Shown: piece after piece, positions 59,629 to 64,000 of the stretch
Layout of the letters: every line of letters begins with the position of its first letter
Position numbering within the stretch: position 1 is the stretch's first letter
Source: Escherichia coli
GTDB lineage: Bacteria; Pseudomonadota; Gammaproteobacteria; Enterobacterales; Enterobacteriaceae
NCBI RefSeq assembly: GCF_030384885.1
Contig: NZ_CP128613.1
Length of the DNA stretch: 64,000 bases
Strand: one strand, 5' to 3'
Translations under genes and position numbers: made by a program
The notes under the pieces: generated by a model
What the model was told of the DNA's origin: nothing
Seen by the model: the letters and a program-made list of their open reading frames with translations, nothing else
The model's database searches: none

Positions 59629-60564
59629 ATGGCACTGCCAATTCTGTTAGATTGCGACCCAGGTCATGACGACGCTATCGCAATAGTTCTCGCCCTCGCC
59701 TCACCAGAGCTTGATGTCAAAGCAATTACGTCTTCCGCCGGAAACCAGACACCAGAAAAAACCTTACGCAATGTTCTGCGTATGCTGACCTTGCTTAATC
59801 GCACCGATATTCCGGTAGCAGGCGGCGCGGTAAAACCATTAATGCGTGATTTGATTATCGCGGACAATGTGCACGGCGAAAGCGGTCTCGACGGCCCGGC
59901 ATTACCGGAACCAACGTTCGCACCGCAAAACTGCACGGCGGTGGAGCTGATGGCGAAAACGCTGCGTGAAAGTAATGAACCCGTCACGATTGTTTCTACC
60001 GGACCGCAAACTAACGTTGCCTTGCTGCTCAATAGCCATCCGGAATTGCATAGCGAAATCGCCCGAATCGTGATTATGGGCGGCTCAATGGGGCTTGGTA
60101 ACTGGACGCCAGCGGCAGAATTTAATATTTACGTTGACCCAGAAGCGGCAGAAATTGTCTTCCAGTCAGGGATCCCGGTGGTGATGGCCGGTCTGGATGT
60201 TACTCACAAAGCGCAAATTTACGTTGAGGACACCGAGCGTTTCCGCACCATTGGTAACCCGGTTTCTACCATTGTTGCCGAACTGCTGGATTTCTTCCTC
60301 GAATATCACAAAGACGAAAAATGGGGCTTTGTGGGCGCACCGCTGCATGACCCATGCACCATCGCCTGGCTGTTGAAACCAGAGTTGTTTACCACTGTTG
60401 AGCGCTGGGTTGGCGTGGAAACACAGGGGAAATATACTCAGGGCATGACGGTTGTTGATTATTATTATCTGACAGGCAATAAACCGAATGTCACTGTAAT
60501 GGTCGATATTGATCGTCAGGGCTTTGTTGATTTACTGGCTGAGCGTCTGAAATTTTACGCTTAA
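59629..60564 (+). CDS. rihA: Pyrimidine-specific ribonucleoside hydrolase
   Basis: 311-aa ORF with N-terminal DCDPGHDDA nucleoside-hydrolase motif. Confidence 0.9.
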   Translation: MALPILLDCDPGHDDAIAIVLALASPELDVKAITSSAGNQTPEKTLRNVLRMLTLLNRTDIPVAGGAVKPLMRDLIIADNVHGESGLDGPALPEPTFAPQNCTAVELMAKTLRESNEPVTIVSTGPQTNVALLLNSHPELHSEIARIVIMGGSMGLGNWTPAAEFNIYVDPEAAEIVFQSGIPVVMAGLDVTHKAQIYVEDTERFRTIGNPVSTIVAELLDFFLEYHKDEKWGFVGAPLHDPCTIAWLLKPELFTTVERWVGVETQGKYTQGMTVVDYYYLTGNKPNVTVMVDIDRQGFVDLLAERLKFYA

Positions 60565-60647
60565 CACACCACATTGATTAAGATCACCACGCTTTCACAG
60601 GGTGGTCTTAATCTGTTTATCTCTTTTTCTTTCAAGATATAAATGCA

Positions 60648-62318
60648 ATGGATAATGCAGAACTCGCCATTGGTATCGATCTCGGCACTACCAATAGTTT
60701 AATTGCCGTCTGGAAAGACGGTGCCGCGCAATTAATTCCAAATAAGTTCGGTGAATATTTAACACCATCCATCATTAGTATGGATGAAAATAATCATATT
60801 TTAGTCGGAAAACCGGCTGTATCACGGCGCACTTCGCATCCGGATAAAACCGCCGCATTATTTAAACGCTCAATGGGTAGTAATACCAACTGGCGGTTAG
60901 GCAGCGACACATTTAACGCACCAGAACTGTCCTCTTTGGTCTTACGTTCATTAAAAGAAGATGCCGAAGAATTTCTGCAACGTCCGATTAAAGATGTGGT
61001 GATCTCCGTTCCGGCTTATTTCAGTGATGAACAACGCAAGCATACCCGTTTAGCAGCGGAGCTAGCCGGGTTAAATGCGGTACGCTTAATTAATGAACCC
61101 ACAGCAGCTGCGATGGCTTATGGCCTGCATACTCAACAAAATACCCGCTCTCTGGTGTTTGATCTCGGTGGCGGCACGTTTGACGTCACGGTGCTCGAAT
61201 ACGCCACGCCGGTGATTGAAGTTCACGCCTCCGCTGGCGACAACTTTCTTGGCGGCGAAGATTTTACTCATATGCTGGTGGATGAAGTTTTAAAACGCGC
61301 CGCAGTGGCTAAAAACATGCTCAACGAAAGTGAGCTGGCAGCCCTGTACACCAGCGTGGAAGCGGCAAAATGCAGCAATCAATTACCGCTGCAAATTAGC
61401 TGGCAGTATCAGGAAGAAACGCGTGAGTGCGAATTTTACGAGAACGAACTGGAAGATTTGTGGTTGCCGCTGCTCAATCGCTTGCGAGTGCCGATTGAAC
61501 AGGCGTTGCGCGATGCACGTCTGAAGCCAAGTCAAATCGACAGTCTGGTGCTGGTTGGCGGCGCATCACAAATGCCGCTGGTGCAGCGAATCGCCGTGCG
61601 TCTGTTTGGCAAATTGCCATATCAAAGTTACGACCCGAGCACCATTGTCGCGCTGGGCGCAGCGATCCAGGCTGTCTGCCGCTTACGCAGCGAAGACATT
61701 GAAGAAGTGATCCTCACCGATATTTGCCCCTACTCCTTAGGTGTTGAAGTTAACCGCCAGGGCGTTTCCGGCATTTTCTCACCGATTATTGAACGAAACA
61801 CCACTGTACCGGTGTCGCGTGTAGAAACTTACTCGACCATGCACCCGGAACAGGATTCAATTACGGTTAACGTCTATCAGGGAGAAAACCACAAAGTTAA
61901 AAATAACATTCTGGTAGAATCCTTCGATGTGCCGTTGAAGAAAACCGGGGCTTATCAGTCGATTGATATTCGCTTTAGTTATGATATCAACGGGTTGCTT
62001 GAAGTTGACGTGCTTCTGGAAGACGGCAGCGTTAAGTCCAGAGTCATTAACCACAGCCCGGTAACGTTAAGTACCCAGCAAATTGAAGAGAGTCGGGCAA
62101 GGTTATCCGCATTAAAAATTTATCCGCGCGATATGCTTATCAACCGTACCTTTAAGGCCAAACTGGAAGAGTTGTGGGCGCGGGCGCTGGGTGACGAGCG
62201 AGAAGAGATCGGCCGGGTGATCACCGATTTTGATGCGGCGTTGCAGTCAAACGATATGGCCCGCGTCGATGAAGTTCGGCGACGAGCGAGCGATTATTTG
62301 GCTATTGAGATCCCTTAA
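60648..62318 (+). CDS. hscC: Hsp70-family chaperone HscC
   Basis: 556-aa ORF with Hsp70 ATPase signatures (IGIDLGTTNS, DLGGGTFD). Confidence 0.9.
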   Translation: MDNAELAIGIDLGTTNSLIAVWKDGAAQLIPNKFGEYLTPSIISMDENNHILVGKPAVSRRTSHPDKTAALFKRSMGSNTNWRLGSDTFNAPELSSLVLRSLKEDAEEFLQRPIKDVVISVPAYFSDEQRKHTRLAAELAGLNAVRLINEPTAAAMAYGLHTQQNTRSLVFDLGGGTFDVTVLEYATPVIEVHASAGDNFLGGEDFTHMLVDEVLKRAAVAKNMLNESELAALYTSVEAAKCSNQLPLQISWQYQEETRECEFYENELEDLWLPLLNRLRVPIEQALRDARLKPSQIDSLVLVGGASQMPLVQRIAVRLFGKLPYQSYDPSTIVALGAAIQAVCRLRSEDIEEVILTDICPYSLGVEVNRQGVSGIFSPIIERNTTVPVSRVETYSTMHPEQDSITVNVYQGENHKVKNNILVESFDVPLKKTGAYQSIDIRFSYDINGLLEVDVLLEDGSVKSRVINHSPVTLSTQQIEESRARLSALKIYPRDMLINRTFKAKLEELWARALGDEREEIGRVITDFDAALQSNDMARVDEVRRRASDYLAIEIP

Positions 62319-62325
62319 ACACGGC

Positions 62326-62357
62326 TGCCGGATGCGGCATAAACGCTGCATCCGGCA
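62326..62357. terminator. Palindromic REP-like hairpin between convergent hscC and djlC
   Basis: gccggatgcggcataaacgctgcatccggc. Confidence 0.55.
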
Positions 62358-62377
62358 TCGGCGCAAAAAACACATCC

Positions 62378-63829
62378 TCAGCTAAACAACATCGCGATTT
62401 TTCCGAGAGCATAACCTATCACCAGCACCGTTAAGCTGATTTTGATAATGCTGGTAATGCTCTGTGGTTTTTCATCCTCATCATTTTTTTCTTCGTGGTT
62501 TTCAGGTGTTGGCTCATCGACATCTTCATCCTCCGGCTCGAGTTTCACTTTCGTCAACAGCATCCGCGTGATAATGGCCTCTAATGGATGAGCATCTCCA
62601 CCTTCCAGCCTTATATTAAGACGGGCCAGCATCTCTTGTTTCGGGAACGCTTCCAGCACAACCTGTTCCGCTACCCGATACAAATCCAGTAACGGTGAAT
62701 CTTGTTCTGTCTCGCTACCGACTCTCGATTTCCACCATGCCCATGCTTTGCGCTTGAAGAATAACGACTCAATAAACGATTGACCTAACGGCGATAATTT
62801 TCCGCTATGTAAAATTTCCGCCCATAACAGCCGCGTCCGGGCGCTCTCACCAGGAACATATTTCAACGGTTGACCTTGAGCATCTATCATGCTTCGCGCT
62901 TCGATAACCATCACTAATAACGCGAAATAATCCGGGCAATGACGCTTGCTCCACTGCAACAACAAATTATCAGCTTGTGTAGATGGGTAACTCTCCCGGT
63001 ATGCGCAGAGATCGGCAAGCAGGCTTTCCCCCTCGCCACAGTACAACCGTTGCGCACACTGGTAATAACGTGCATCTTCGCTTTCTGGATTTTCTGCTTG
63101 CCACTGTTGGGCAACAGGAATAAGTTCCGCCATACCTGTTTTCACCGAGCTGTACCAGCGCAACAGTTTGCGATGTAACTTGACATCATCAGGAATGAAC
63201 CACGGACCTTCCATTGCCATAAACGCAGTGACATAGTCAGGATGGTAACGGCAGCAGCGTTCCAGCGCGAAGTAATACTCAACAGTCTGGTTCTGCAACG
63301 CGACAGGATATTCCAGAAGACTAAGGAAATCGAAACAATCACCAGCCTGAATGGCCTCAAGAAAAGCCTCCCTTTCTTCCTCATCCATTCCTTCGCTGTC
63401 ATTAAACGAATGCCAGTTCAAACGCTCTGCCAGCAAAGAAGCACAATTTAATGAAAGATATCGCGCTTCTATAGCGACTGCACACAGCGGCCAGCGTAAT
63501 TGATCGACATCCTCCATGTTCCAGGTATTTAATTGCTGAATAAATTTCTGCCAGGCGGAGGGCTGAAAACGATCACTTTCAGAATCCAGTAATGCCCTGA
63601 ATGCACGTAGTATTTCATGTTCAGCGGCGGCATCTTTTTCTTCATCATCTGCTTCCGCGACAGGATTTACCGCCAGTCGCAGCGCCTCTTCATAGGCCTG
63701 GCGTAATGCTTTAAACCCCTGCGGATCGGTTTCGGGATGACACAACGGTAAGCGAGCAAGATAAGCCTGGCGGATAATGTCTATTTGCGTCGTGCTTTCA
63801 ATTTCGAGGATTTGCCAACATGTTTTCAT
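62378..63829 (-). CDS. djlC: Membrane-anchored DnaJ-like co-chaperone of HscC
   Basis: 483-aa ORF, J-like N-terminal region, acidic linker and C-terminal hydrophobic anchor; adjacent to hscC. Confidence 0.7.
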   Translation of the reverse strand: MKTCWQILEIESTTQIDIIRQAYLARLPLCHPETDPQGFKALRQAYEEALRLAVNPVAEADDEEKDAAAEHEILRAFRALLDSESDRFQPSAWQKFIQQLNTWNMEDVDQLRWPLCAVAIEARYLSLNCASLLAERLNWHSFNDSEGMDEEEREAFLEAIQAGDCFDFLSLLEYPVALQNQTVEYYFALERCCRYHPDYVTAFMAMEGPWFIPDDVKLHRKLLRWYSSVKTGMAELIPVAQQWQAENPESEDARYYQCAQRLYCGEGESLLADLCAYRESYPSTQADNLLLQWSKRHCPDYFALLVMVIEARSMIDAQGQPLKYVPGESARTRLLWAEILHSGKLSPLGQSFIESLFFKRKAWAWWKSRVGSETEQDSPLLDLYRVAEQVVLEAFPKQEMLARLNIRLEGGDAHPLEAIITRMLLTKVKLEPEDEDVDEPTPENHEEKNDEDEKPQSITSIIKISLTVLVIGYALGKIAMLFS

Positions 63830-63844
63830 AGGTCGCTCACATCC

Positions 63845-64000
63845 TTAAGCGTTACCGGGCATTCAGGCTGGACAGTTAATGGCTGCCAGGGAAGCGTGGC
63901 ATAGAAACGGTCGCTTCCCGCTGCCAGCTCTTCGAACATCCGACTCCCGGCGCTATCGTATTTGTACAGGGTTAGCGCCTCGCGTAGCGAAGCGTTGTCT
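63845..64000 (-). CDS. 3' end of an upstream gene running off the window (likely ybeU-like, by synteny only)
   Basis: Open frame on the minus strand ending with TAA at 63847..63845, about 15 nt before the djlC start; 5' part lies beyond the window. Confidence 0.35.

Overview
This window reads as an Escherichia coli-type (Enterobacteriaceae) chromosomal segment, mostly conserved core genes, in the opposite orientation to the usual K-12 map. Calls rest on my recognition of protein sequences, gene order and motifs; no database search was run. Gene order: a cryptic chaperone-usher fimbrial operon (ybgQ-ybgP-ybgO), abrB, nei, pxpABC, ybgI, dtpD, phr-ybgA, ybfA, kdpFABCDE, speFL-speF-potE, ybfG, ybfP, pgm, seqA, ybfF, ybfE, fldA, uof-fur, chiQ-chiP, glnS, nagE / nagBACD, asnB, a 7-tRNA operon (Met-Leu-Gln-Gln-Met-Gln-Gln), ubiF, miaB, ybeZYX, lnt, gltIJKL, rihA, hscC and djlC. 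The most interesting stretch is an AT-rich ~2.3 kb island (13.2-15.5 kb) between ybgA and ybfA, where K-12 carries the RhsC element: five small co-oriented ORFs, including a SUKH/SMI1-KNR4-like immunity-type protein and a 46-aa double glycine-zipper micropeptide translationally coupled to two unknown proteins. I read it as a candidate orphan toxin/immunity-type module, unproven. Other points: the speFL-speF-potE cassette is bracketed by two ~142-bp direct copies of the kdpE 3' end; a strongly predicted secreted 145-aa protein lies between asnB and the tRNA operon; short ORFs missed by the ORF track (speFL, uof, kdpF) are present; and relative to K-12 there is no IS5 between lnt and gltI and no Rhs core.
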